A stretch of DNA of 64,000 nt from Alloascoidea hylecoeti (taxonomy: Eukaryota), in assembly GCA_001600815.1 (NCBI GenBank), contig BCKZ01000013.1, positions 62,001 through 126,000 on the forward strand. Reading direction: 5' to 3'. The position numbers and the translations under genes are program-made. Shown piece by piece: positions 12,227 through 25,073 of this stretch. The notes below the pieces were generated by a model that saw only the letters and a list, made by a program, of their open reading frames with translations, was not told the DNA's origin and did no database searches. The first letter of the stretch is position 1. Every line of letters starts with the position of its first letter.

Positions 12227-14575
12227 ATTGTTGTTGTTGTTGTATTGTTTAAAATTATAGATGATAAACTTTTATTATGAATTTTTTGTTGTTTTTTTAA
12301 ATTTTTAGTAATTGGATTATCTAAATGAATCAAAGACTCTAATGATTTCATTGGACAAATACTTAAATAATCATCAAGACTTGATGATGTAGTAATTGAA
12401 GAATATCTTTCTTTTTGTTCTTGTGGAAATTTAAAAGTTTTTGGAATTTGTGTTGTTTTTGTTTTTGTCTCTTGATATACAACTCCAAGTCCAGCATTAT
12501 AATTATTTGAAGATTTAAAAATTGAAGATTTTTTAGAATCTTCTTCATTGTATGAATAATCAGGGATTGTTATTGGTGATGGAACAATTGTTTCATATCC
12601 ATCAAATGTTGAATCAATTGGTGAATTCATTTCAGAACATGAATCAATATCAAAACTTGTATTCATACTTGTATCAAGATAAAAAGGATTTGTATTATTT
12701 TGTTGTCTTTGTTGTTCTGATGATGAAACTGAATATAAATCTTGTTCAAAAGTAAATAATGATTGTCTTCTTTTATTTTTTGCAATACTAATACATGAAT
12801 TAGTATTATTAGTATTATTATTATTTGAAAATTGTTCTTGTAATCTAGAATTATTATTATTTTTTGACCTTTTTAATAATAAACTCGATCCACTCATATT
12901 TAATGAAAAACTTTTAGGAATAGTTAATAATGATGAAGCATCAAATTTAATTTCTTCTTCTTCTTCTTCTTCTTCTTCTTCTTCTTCCTCTTCAATTTCT
13001 TTAAATTCATCAATTGTAACATTTGGATCAAATTCAATTTCTGATGATAAATAATCATCCTGATCATCCATATGCATATAATCCATAATTAAAGTTAATT
13101 CATCATATTGTTCAACCGAATTTTTATTATTAAAATCAAATGATTTTTCAAATAAATTTAAATCTGGTGTTGATGAATTAGAAGATAATGATCCAATTGA
13201 ATTAACATCAATATTTGATTCAATATTAACATCATCATCGAAATAATTTGAAATTGGACTTAAACCAATTCTTTTTGGATTTTTTCTTGACTCTACTTGA
13301 ACTTCCAAATTTGATTTTGATGATTTTGATGATTTTGATGATTGTGTTATCCATGGATGATTTAAAAATTGATCAATTGTATATCTTTTTTCAGGATCAA
13401 TTTCTAATAAATGTTCAATTAAATCTTTTGCTTCATTACTAATTTCATCCCACCATGGATTTAAAAAAGTAAATTGACCATTTGAAATTTTTTCTCTTAA
13501 TCTCGACATATCATTATCATAAAAAGGAGTAAAACCACATAAAATTGTATATAATATACAACCTAATGACCACATATCAACAGATTTTGAATAATTTAAA
13601 TCTTTTATAATTTCAGGAGCAGAATATGATACGGTACCACATGGAGTTTTTGTTTTATTATTCCATATAATTTTTGATAAACCAAAATCAGCTAATTTTA
13701 TTTTCCCGATACCACCACCACCAACATTTGGTATGAATTTCCCTTCATCAAATTTATTTGAATCATCAGATTTTCTCTTTGTTGCATTTTTTGTTTTTAA
13801 ATCATTTGGTATAAAATCGATTGGATAATATAATAGATTTTCAGGTTTTAGATCTCTATGAGCAACACCAATTTCTTCATGCAAATATTTTAAGGTTTCA
13901 CCAACTTGCTTTATTATAAATCTCGATAAATTTTCAGAAAAATAGGTTAATTTTACAATTTTATGAAACAATTCACCGCCAGGGACCAATTCCATCATGA
14001 TAAAAAAATGATTTTCAGTTTCCAGAAAATCAATCAACTTAACGATATTGTCATGTTTTATTCTTTTCATGATTGCGACCTCGCGATATATATTATCAAT
14101 TTGGGAAGTGCTCAGATGGTTTTTCGTAACGATCTTAATGGCGACCTGCTCATCGGAGTCTATTCTGGTAGCCTGGAACACTTTCGAAAAAGCGCCTTCA
14201 CCTATCTGCTTTGATATTATATAGCGGGAGTCCAAATCTGGATATGAGTGGGAGCGGGACTTGGGGTGCGATTGCGGCAGCGGGGAGGCAGCGGGGGCGG
14301 AGGAGCAGGTGGAGGACGGGGAGGACGGGGTGGACGGGGAGGACGGGGAGGACGGGGCCTGGGAAGAGAGGTCCGACGAGGATCGAGCGGACGGACGGGG
14401 CCGGTGTGGCTTTGTCTTCGGCTGGATGATATCGGTGAACCTCTTGGTCCTGGGACCGGCGTGGGGCTCGGGAGATCTGGCTCGCAGCATCCGCTTGAGG
14501 TTCTACAATCGCTCGTTAGTACGGGCGCAGACACAGGGCCACGAAAGCAGACATAAGTACCTTAAGAACGGCCAT
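12046..14575 (-). CDS. RCK2: MAPK-activated CaMK-family kinase Rck2/Srk1-like; exons 14575-14561 and 14502-12046
   Basis: GEGAFS, VAIK, HRDLKPEN, DEGKFIPNVGGGGIG (Rck/Srk insert), DFG, PCGT..YSAPE. A 58-nt intron (GTACTT...TACTAAC...TAG) adds the in-frame N-terminus MAVLK|NLKRMLR. Confidence 0.88.
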
Positions 14576-16843
14576 TTCGAGATGGGTCTAATGGAGAAGT
14601 GAAGGTAAATCCAATGGGTTTGCTAACTATATATAACTTGCCAGAAAAGTATTATTTAATCCAGTATGCCGAATCGTTCTTCTGCGCCAGAACATGCAGC
14701 TGCATGCACAGGGGGCAGTAGCGTGCATGCGGCACCCATGTGCTAGCTCGAACTCATTAATTATATCTGGATGTAATTCACTGTAATTCACTCCAGCCGG
14801 CTGCTTCTGTTGCGAAGCTGTGCAAATCCATTGTTCCAGCTCCAGATTCAACCAATTCCATCTGTTTCCATCATTTCACTTGGCACTTGCAACACTGAAA
14901 CTTTCACCGTCTCGATACTTCCGCAGGCCCCCCCAAACCATACAGAAGATTAGGTTGGTGTGCTCGACCTCTGTCCAACTTAAAGCTCTGCTCCATGTGA
15001 ACTTGATGCAGCCTCTGCCGTATCGTCTTGAAACAAGATGCTGAAATGCCACCGTTCTTATCCTTACGTACCAATCTTGACTAATTCTATCCCAAAGTCA
15101 TGTCTTATGTCATATGACATGCCATAATCACTTCTTCCATCCATTTTCATCTCGTTTGCGATCACTCTCGATCCTCACGATCGCTATCTCATCTCATTTC
15201 ATTTCAGTCTGTATCTTGATTAATTATTAATAGCTTGCTGTTTAAACCTTATTCTTTTTTTGTATACAACAATGCCTAGTTTTGCATTATTGTGCTTATT
15301 TGCCCCTTGATTTGATGTCTTTATGGATGATTAATTAGTGCCTCCTGTACTTACTTTTTTCGTTATATTAATCTTTTTGTATGGATCGTCACATTACTGA
15401 TATTGGCTTATTGCTTACTAACTAGCATATTAAGCTTTTGAAATGAACGACGGTACGTTATTCCTTGCTCCACGCGGAAAAATCATTAATTTTCATTACA
15501 TTTGAAGATGATCACACATACTTCCTGGATATATATTGGTGGATAAGGGTACAGGTACCCGTACAATCTTAAGGATCGTGATTGATTCTAAAATCTATAT
15601 ATGGCAAGTAGAAGAGAAAACTAATCCATTTCAACTTAAAAATATATATATAATATTGTTTCTTTGGTTTAATCTGATCGATCCAATCTATATCTGAAAT
15701 TATTTCCCGCTATATCATTCCCCGAAGTGGCCGTCCCGGAAAATATAAATGATATCAAAGCAATCCCCCCTGGAAATAACAAGGAATCTTTTGACACTTT
15801 CATGTTACGCACAGCATAAAACTTTAATAAGCAAGTATCAAATCAGCCGACCCATCTTCGTTTAATCTTTCCTAATTTCACAAATATTTCACTTTAATTA
15901 ATCTAAATTTTGAATAAATAAATCATTGAAATTAGAAATATCCTATTACATTTTAAAATATCAATATCATTACTCAAATTAGTATTCCATCAACCCAATT
16001 TAAAATAACAAGCAGAGTTAGTAAGGACTGTGCACGTGTTGTTATATATGAATCACTTCTCCATTCAGTTTCAAGCGTTAAATTTTTTAATTGATATCTT
16101 TACTTCTATTCCTATTTCTATTTAATCTAAACACATGGCACCAATAATATCAATGACATGGATTCCAATTATTAATTTTTTCTATATAATATCTACCAGG
16201 TCCCAAGGGCCCAAGGGCACAGGGGGCCCAGGGACATTTTAAAAATTAAGGGCTGAGATTAATAAATATATTTGAGATTTTCTACTAGTCTTTAATATCA
16301 AACATCATTCTAAAATATTTTGATAAATTGAACACATCCATATTAATGTAGTCTAAAGAAAGAAACAATATTGTTCTAAACTTCTATGATAGATTGACAA
16401 TAATGTCTAAAACTAGGATAATAAACAAAACCATAGCCCAGAGAAAATTTTTTTAACTCAGATTCAACTGTTTAGAATCTTCTGTAATTAGATCCGTACT
16501 GCTTTCCCCAACGTTAGCGTCAATTGAAACATTGCCCAGATTGTTACCAAAAAAAATAGAACAAATAGAACAAAAATGTATTTACCGCTGTCGGAGAATA
16601 AAAAGCACCAAGGATATAAACACCCAAACATCCTGGATATCAAGCTAAATTCGTAAAGATGTTTGATATTTATATAATATTAATTACGAATATGTTTACG
16701 TTTAAATATGTCGAATTAAAGGAACAACATTTGGATTGTAGTATTATTTATTAATCATTAATCATATTATATTATTAACACATATATAACTATTTTCAAG
16801 AATTGTATTATGCATTTAAAGATAATACCGGAATTATTTGTTT

Positions 16844-17296
16844 TTAAGATCTACTTTTAAAACTTTTGAAAATTGAAAATCTTTTTGATTTTTTATTGAT
16901 ATTATTTGATGAAGAAGAAGAAGAAGTTATAGAACTTGAACTTGAACTTGATTTTATTTTATTATTAGGTACAACAATTTGTCCATTTATAAAAGCTCGA
17001 TAATGATCAAAAGAATAAGGAATTAATGTTTGATTTTTGATTTTTCCAGATTTGGTTTTTGTAATTAATTCAACAGGACCAGAAATTAATGCTTGTTGTT
17101 TAACAATTGGTAATTCATTATATAATATTAATTTCTCATTTGAATCATAATATCCTTGATTCTCAGTAATTCGTGGTGTTTTTGTATATATTGGAACATC
17201 TTCATGATCTTCAATTTTGTTATTGTTGGCTGAGTGAGTAGATCTTACAAGTGTATATGCAGGGATTTGATTTGTTTCTTGAGTTATTGATGACAT
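16844..17296 (-). CDS. Hypothetical 150-aa protein
   Basis: ATG in A-rich context, host-like codon usage, Ser-rich and basic C-terminus; no known domain. Confidence 0.6.
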   Translation of the reverse strand: MSSITQETNQIPAYTLVRSTHSANNNKIEDHEDVPIYTKTPRITENQGYYDSNEKLILYNELPIVKQQALISGPVELITKTKSGKIKNQTLIPYSFDHYRAFINGQIVVPNNKIKSSSSSSSITSSSSSSNNINKKSKRFSIFKSFKSRS

Positions 17297-17485
17297 ATTT
17301 AACGATTTTTTTTTTTTAAATATAAATGTTTTAGGGATTGTAAAATGTGTTATATTTGTAATGTCTTGAATTGACTTATTATATTATAAATTTTCGTATA
17401 TTTATATTTATTATTTATCAGCGATTCTCATACCTTTATAAATAAATTAATTTATAATTAACTTATACATAAAGACGTTTTGCTG

Positions 17486-17801
17486 GTTTAGACTGCCACA
17501 CAAATTATTTTAAAGTTTGCTTTTTTTTTTTTTTACTCATAAAATTGTTCCTTTACTCCATATTACTCATTATTCATCACTATTACATGCAACTAAAATT
17601 TAACCGTTTATTACTGGAAAAATGAGAAATCACAAACACGTTTCAATATTCAATCTTTAACTTTTGTGATGATTGTAAACGTAGTTTAGATTGCTACAGA
17701 TTATTTTAAAATTTCCTTTTTTTTCTTACTCATAAAATTGTTCCTTTATGTACTCCATATTACTCATTATTCATCACAACTAAAATTTAACCGTTTATTA
17801 C
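17486..17801. repeat. Direct repeat of ~120 bp (17486-17614 and 17684-17801)
   Basis: Both copies contain ttactcataaaattgttccttta..ctccatattactcattattcatcac..aactaaaatttaaccgtttattac. Confidence 0.9.
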
Positions 17802-17834
17802 GTATAAAAATGTTGTAGCGCCGAATCCTATCTT

Positions 17835-18038
17835 TGGGAAAATGACTGGCAATTGTTCTCTGATCTATTTACTAAAGCTGAAGCAAACAAACCCCTTAGC
17901 TTTATCCCTCGGTGTTTTCCATTCATCGGTTTCTACAGATTTCATGACAGCTCTCTAATGATGAGGTTAAGGGAATAGCTGAAGGAGTCTATTTCTGATG
18001 GTAATGGATCAGAGAACAATTGTCAGTCATTGTCCCCA
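17835..18038. other. ~200-nt inverted-repeat hairpin (MITE-like or structured RNA)
   Basis: Arm tgggaaaatgactggcaattgttctctgatctatt (17835-17869) pairs with aatggatcagagaacaattgtcagtcattgtcccca (18003-18038); weaker internal pairing ccttagctttatccct/agggaatagctgaagg. Confidence 0.7.
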
Positions 18039-19144
18039 TATCACCTGCCACAACGATAAAAACTAATGTATTTCAACAATAATAATAGCTATACCATCGA
18101 TATCCGGATCTAATTAATATAAAACTAATCATTAACGGAGTTTAAAGAAAATGAAAATTTCTACCGGTATGTTTAAAATTTAAAGGCAATTTCAAATATC
18201 GGGATAAGATAATTTAAAAACGTTAACGGTGTTAATCGCAATTACAAACAACGTTTTTTTAATTTTTATTACCTATTAATAACATATTTAAATTTTTCTC
18301 TTAAATGTTTCAAACAAATTCTATATATAGACTTATATTCAATAAATTGATCTACTTATTTATCTACTCCATTTTTCTTTATTTCTTTAATCCCTTTAAA
18401 AAGAACGTTAACAATTACAATTGTAATTGATACATAGCGGTAAAATCCGAATAGATACATCACATAATCACATATTTTTTTATTGTTTGCTGTTAACTCC
18501 GTCTTGACCGATATATTCAGTGATTACCGGTATTACCGAATGTATAGTTTTTTTTTAATCCTTCAAAATCCACCGCCAAATATGATTTAAATGATCATTG
18601 TTCCTACTAATTTATTGGTGCATAAAACTTAACAAAATTAAATTCCGATAAATGATGACATTGGTTACCGGTACATGCTGTAGCAAGTGTTTGATTTCTT
18701 AAATAAAGTAAATCTAATGAGATTTATTGTTATGTATTTTTACTAAGTTTAGTGAAATACTTTACAAATGTTTTATATAAGGTATGAAGAAATATGTCGT
18801 TGCTTTTAAGATAATATAATTGGAATCATTTTTACAAGAACAATTCTATTAATTTCACGAATTTTAAATCGATAAATTTTACAAAGAAAATGTTGTGGCC
18901 ATTGATCAAATTAAATTTAAACAAAGATTCTCTTTAAAAAAATATTCAAGTATTGAATTAATAATTTGACAATTTTCAATAATTATGATGAGTTTCACCT
19001 GGGCCCGTTTTATGATCACAAAAAAATATCAAGTGTTAAAGAACATCTCATATTATTATACAGCTAGTGACGTTTTTTTATAGTCTTGATATTAAACCGA
19101 TAAGTTTAATTGTAATTATCTCGAAATTTTATTATCAAATATTA

Positions 19145-19590
19145 TGAACGTTTAATTTATAATTCATTTAGACAGCTGAAAAGAGACCATATAGTAACAA
19201 TATTTCTGAATCCATGATATTTAGAAAATATCTTCCAATTGATAAATTGTAGAAGAAAAACTGAGATGAAGATGGTTAATCCGGGGTATCTGGAGCTTCG
19301 CTCTCAAGCGTAATGGCTGCGGGCAAATAAATTTCTTCTGAAACTATTCTCTAAGTTGTTGTGTTTGTGGTTATCAAGAAATCAACTATTATAAACGTTT
19401 AATATAATACATTTACGCATATGAGTATAACAATATTTCTGGATACATAATGATATAGATAAACTATCTTGCAATTGATAAAGTATAGAAGAGCAATCGA
19501 CACTTTTATTTCCTTTTTGAGATAGATATCTCAAGCTCGACTCCAACCTCTGTTCTCGTAATGAACAAAGGCAAAAGTTTTCTTCCTTTT
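19145..19590. repeat. Degenerate tandem duplication, period ~240 bp
   Basis: aacgtttaat..cattta, taacaatatttctg and tatcttScaattgataaa..tagaaga each occur twice in the same order. Confidence 0.65.
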
Positions 19591-20620
19591 TTTGAATTAT
19601 CTTTTAATCTAGATCAGTTGTGTTATAAATGTTGGATATCCATCCACTCTTTAGCAGGCCATGTGACTTTCTGATGTAACTGTCTCATCATGGTCCTTAA
19701 TGATAAAAAATAGTTATAATCTAAAAATAGGATAACCATTATAGGAAATTAGGGATATGAAGCTTAAATTAGTCATGATAATAATAAGAAGAAGAAGAAG
19801 AAAAATAGAAGATATATTATTGCATAAACCCATCAATTAAGATTCTTAAAATCATCTAATGAACATTATCTTCTCTTGTTACAATTCAATTGCAATTCTC
19901 AACACAACAAATTCTTTGTAAAATTCATCAATTTCAATTAAATATTTTTGTACATTCTTCGAAATATGTTTCTTGAAATAAATCAAATTAAATTTTCATC
20001 AAACCTACGAAATATGCTTCTAGTAAAAAACGAAATGTATATTCTGATTATGGTTCTACAACATTCGATCAAAACTTAATTAGTGGAATGTTACCCCGGT
20101 GCTGTAAAATTCATTTGATGGGACACTGGTCATTTCGGCTATTCTAGAACTTCTGAGGCCCAGCAATAGCACCATTAATAGTAGAAAACCGGTACCATGA
20201 CAGTGGACCGCCATGGTGAAAGATTGATTAGTTGGGCAAAAAAGTAATTTTTTGATTGATGATATCATTGATATTTATTGTGAGTATAGCCCTATATATA
20301 CAACTTCATGAACGTTAACATTTTTCAAAAATGAGCAGTAATTAATAAGATGAAGACAAAGACTTCTCCTAGTTTATAAATTGAAAAACTTCGATGCATA
20401 CACTAAAAATAGCGAAAGCATTAATTATTTTTACTATGCAGCGCTGCAGAAACTTATATAGCCTCCTGACTGAATTTTCCAAAATAGTATTAAAAATAGT
20501 ATTAAAAATAATATTAAAAATTAAATTGTTAAATATATTAGTGGCCGGTTACATTCATCTTCTTTTTATCCCTCTTCTGTTTGTTGATCGATTATAAACT
20601 TGGCTGGAGTACTAAATATA

Positions 20621-22381
20621 ATGAAATTATTTGCCCACGCCGTCCGGGCTTCAATAGTTGCCTGTCTTACTAAAAGTGTATCCGGGTTCCTATTCTTTGC
20701 CCCAGAATCTCACAATGGGAACATTGGTTTGTCTTTAAACTTTGATACCGATGCTCAGCTTAAAAAGTTACTAACAGGCTTTACTGAGAATCAAATACTT
20801 ACCTGTTATTTTGGTCCTCCCACGACTACTTCATTGGTCGATGGCACATCAGTAGTTGAAGACCACCAGCGTTTAGGGACTCATCCAATGGCAATAACGG
20901 TTACCATTGGTGTCCCTTCAAGCCTAGAACATTATCCAACAAATGGTCCTGAAGTTTCAAACAAAAGATTTGAGAAAAGAGAAGGTAATCAAACTAGTAC
21001 TGCGACTACTTCTGAAACACAATCTGCTACAGCTACTACAAGCGAAGGACGAACAACAACTACTACTGAAAAGTCTGAAACCTCTACAACCCAAGCGACC
21101 ACATTAACAGCTTCTTCTGCAACTGAACAACAAACCACCACTTCAAGCTCTCCTGAAGAAACCACCACTTCAAGTTCTCCTGAAGAAACCACCGTAGAGA
21201 CTGTCACGACCACTAAAAGTACAAGTACCAGACAGCAAACCACACGTACAAGTACAACTGCAGTAGAAACGACAACAGCCGATAATACAGATTCAAATTC
21301 GAATTCGGAAGAAGCTACTACCTTAGTAGTTGTTACGACCACCCAATCTTCTTCAACTTCTAAAACCACATCCACCAACAGAAAAACAACATCAACTTCT
21401 ACTAAAGCTGAAACTAAAACTGCAGAAGATTCAGCCTCTACGGATGAAGTAACAACAGTGGTAGTCGTTACAACCACTAAATCTTCTTCAACTTCTTCAC
21501 GAACACAAGAAGCAACAACAGTTGAAGAAACAATTACAGTATCAGCAACAGATGGTTCAAGTGCTTCAGTTGAAACAACAGTTGTTACCAAATCCCAAAC
21601 AACTACCGCAAAAAAAACTTCAAAGTCAGTATCTGTTGTAACAGAAGAAACTACAATAAGTTCAGAAATAACTACTGATGGTAAAACAAGTACTTCACGT
21701 TCAACTAAAAAAGTCACAAAAACTGCAACTGCAACTGCAAGTGGTAGTGATAGTGAAGAAACAACTATTGTAGTAGTTACAAAAACAAGATCATCATCTA
21801 CTAAAACTGCAAAAGTTACACAAACAGCGGACGACACAGAAACAACCACCTCAGATCCCATTGGCACTACTGCCACTACTGATCCCCCAATTACAACAAA
21901 TACTATAAGTGGTACGGTATATGTTGTTCATAGAACACATACAGTCACGTTAGGATCGACCAGTACAGGTGATTCTAATACTCAAGCCACTTCAACTTCA
22001 GGGTCCACAGCTGCAGGGGCCCTAGTAACAGATTCGTCTGGTTCAACCTCATCATCAGGTCTTGCGCCTAAAAATCGAAACATAGTAATAGGTGTAGTTG
22101 TTGGAGTTGGTGGTGCTGTTTGTCTTTCATTATTAGTTGTATTCATATGGTATAGAAGAAGAAAAAATTCAGGAAAATATACAGAAGCCCCCAAAAATGG
22201 ATTAACAAACGATGATAATGGTCAAATTCCTTCAACAAAATTAGGTAGTTGGAAAAATAAATTATTTGGAAAATTTTCAAGAGATAGAACAAGTCATATA
22301 CAAGATGAAGAACAATTCTTTAGAGATGATTTAAATCAATATCATATAACTCATGAAAATAATCAAGCTGCTAATTTCTAG
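20621..22381 (+). CDS. Mid2/Mtl1-like single-pass Ser/Thr-rich cell-wall sensor
   Basis: Signal-peptide-like start (ATG 20621), KR sites, long S/T mucin region, TM segment IVIGVVVGVGGAVCLSLLVVFIWY followed by RRRK, short tail ending NQAANF. Confidence 0.8.
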   Translation: MKLFAHAVRASIVACLTKSVSGFLFFAPESHNGNIGLSLNFDTDAQLKKLLTGFTENQILTCYFGPPTTTSLVDGTSVVEDHQRLGTHPMAITVTIGVPSSLEHYPTNGPEVSNKRFEKREGNQTSTATTSETQSATATTSEGRTTTTTEKSETSTTQATTLTASSATEQQTTTSSSPEETTTSSSPEETTVETVTTTKSTSTRQQTTRTSTTAVETTTADNTDSNSNSEEATTLVVVTTTQSSSTSKTTSTNRKTTSTSTKAETKTAEDSASTDEVTTVVVVTTTKSSSTSSRTQEATTVEETITVSATDGSSASVETTVVTKSQTTTAKKTSKSVSVVTEETTISSEITTDGKTSTSRSTKKVTKTATATASGSDSEETTIVVVTKTRSSSTKTAKVTQTADDTETTTSDPIGTTATTDPPITTNTISGTVYVVHRTHTVTLGSTSTGDSNTQATSTSGSTAAGALVTDSSGSTSSSGLAPKNRNIVIGVVVGVGGAVCLSLLVVFIWYRRRKNSGKYTEAPKNGLTNDDNGQIPSTKLGSWKNKLFGKFSRDRTSHIQDEEQFFRDDLNQYHITHENNQAANF

Positions 22382-25073
22382 CATAAGCAGCATACATAAC
22401 CTTTCTCTTTTTTTCTTTTTTTGTCTTTATCATTTACTTAACGTTGTCTTTTGTTCTTCATCATTTCTTATTAAAAGTACATTTTTTATTATTATCATTT
22501 CTGAAAATCGCATTGCATGTTCTTCTTTGTTGTCATCTTTCTAATTAGAAAAAAACTTTCATCTTTTTAAATTTGAATTTTTGAGTTGAGTTCGAGTTCG
22601 AATTATTGTTAAATTTATCACTACCTTACATAAAATATTAGCATTTATACGTTTAATTTGAATTCAAATGGATCATATAATTACAAATCATTAATTAATA
22701 CAGGAAATTTTTAAATTAATCAAAATTTAAACATTCAACAAGATTTTATAATTACATTACATTAATATTACATGTTCACGGTTTCTTTTTTATATATAAA
22801 TTCAGATTTCTTTCATTTCTTCAGTATACAATATCATGATCATCGTTTATCTAAAATTTTTTATGAAAATCATTCATTTATTCATTCATTCATTTTGCCT
22901 ATATGTTTTTTGCATCATTATCATCATTTTTCATCACAATAGAAAAACCCCTTCATTTTATTCGAATTCTCATCATTGTTTAGAAAAGTTGTCTTCATTT
23001 TAAATATCGATCTGTGCATCGCCATCCACCAACCTTTTTGGGAAATTATTTTCAGTTGTTCTTCATTTCTTTTCTATTAGTTTAGTTTTGCATTAGACTT
23101 GTTTTAGTTGCATGTTAATAAAAAAAACATTGAATTGTTGCAATATTATTTCTTTTAATATTATATAATCAACTATTATTTGTATATCTAAGCCAAACTT
23201 TAGGTTTATTCCAAAGAGTAAAAGTAAAGATCTAGTAATGAACCCACATCATTAATTAATAATGTATAAATCACATTTCCCCACGTCTTGTAGGCATATT
23301 TTCCTAAAAGTTTATAAATAACAAATTAGTAACAATATAATAACGTATAACTGGGATTAAATTGAGGCTTTACCGGATCACCACTTCACATAACAGTTAA
23401 CGTTAATACTGAGTAGTAATTACTATCATATGCATACACAAAAGTGCTCAAGAAGTTCTTAAAATAGTTCATAATGTTCCTCAAATTCTGGATGTTTTAC
23501 TAGCTAAAAGCATCCATATAATTATACTATATGGAGGAACCTCAACTATTCTGTACAATGAAGCACGACCACTTTTCTGGCTTTTAGTCCATAAAATGAG
23601 ACTTACAGATCCTGATGTTATGAATATTTTTTTGTTCAAATTAAAAATTTGCGTGAAGCACACCGAACATTCATTACTGAATATAACACAATTCCAAAAG
23701 TCATGAGACCACTCCAGTCTATCTTTAGACCATATAATTACTTTGGGCTTTCACATAAATTCGAAGGGTAATTAATTATAACGTTTTCAGCTATATGGTG
23801 GGTCTTGAGAGTAATATCCGAGATCTAGAGAATAAGCGCCAGTTTAACCCTGACTCAGCTATCTCCAGTGAAAATTTCTATAATTAGAGAAACAATTATT
23901 GTACTGTTTTAAGTATATGACCGGATCTAGTGTTATATTAATACTATTTCAGTTATTTTTATACCGCAATTCCTGATTGCTTGCGTTTCTCTTGTATATT
24001 TTTTATAGCTTATATTTGTTAAATTATACTAACTACGTAACTAGGATTGAGGGTAACGTTATATTATAACAGATCTAGATCTAGAAGTTACAATATGATA
24101 ATAAATAGAACTGAGCCTGTGTTAGTGAGATCAAAGCAATATATAGCATGTGTTTATGATGTAATTGGCTTTGTATTAGTAACGCCGCTCCCTGTTAAAT
24201 AACCATACTGTCTACAGTGTCCAGCATACTTAACCTACTATATAAATGGGGCTTGGTTATGGTGATTCACAATTAATATATAGCCCCCCGATACCAGGTT
24301 TATAGCAAGTCAGGTATATAGTAAGTCGGTGGATTAAATCTTTGCACTATTCCTTAAGCTTACAACTCAAAAAGACCCAGCCCAATTCAAAAGGATATGA
24401 CATTAATGGTATATTACTCTTTTATCGAGTTAGATTTATTGTGATCATGAGTAAATCAGGGTTCATCAGTGATATAACAAATTAACAATAGAGTTGCGTT
24501 AGGCTTGTAATTATACCTCAGATGAATGATTAAGTAATTATTGTGGTAGCTAATCTAAGCCTGTTTAATGTCTAGATCTATATTTATCACTTATCAGCTG
24601 TATTGATCATGGGCTCATGTTCAGGAATCATGCTAGATCTACGAAAGCCGGGTAATTTCATCAATTTTTTTTTTTTTTGGAATTTAAAATATTTGGTGTG
24701 TTTGTATAAAATCAAAAATTCTGTTGGATATTATTCCATTTTTGTATTGGAATTTTAAAAAGAATGTGTTGCTGTGGATAGTTGAACAGACATCAGGGAA
24801 AAAAAATAAAAATAAAAAAGCCTTGAGAAGTTGGAAGTATTTTGATAAATAAACACCCTTTTCAAATTTGTTTGATGAATAAAAAGAACAAACAAAAAAA
24901 AATATTAAAAAATATAAAAAAATATAGAAATTAATAAAAAAATATCAGTTTATTAGAAGTTCCCTTTAATTTAAAGTGAACACATTGTTTCATAAAATAC
25001 TTAATAAATATTCAGTCAAGTTTTTCTTCAATATTTCTTCCATTGACTATTATACCGGAGAACGAACAAGGAG

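Noticed and set aside
14211..14602. Overlapping Gly/Arg/Pro-rich ORFs
   Set aside because: Stop-poor alternative frames of the RCK2 GC island
20989..21876. 295-aa Val-rich antisense ORF
   Set aside because: Mirror of Thr/Ser codons in the Mid2-like gene
22800..23080. Multiple TGATGA/CTGA on the minus strand (possible C/D snoRNAs)
   Set aside because: Low-complexity ATG-rich tract with no recognisable rRNA guide or proper box spacing
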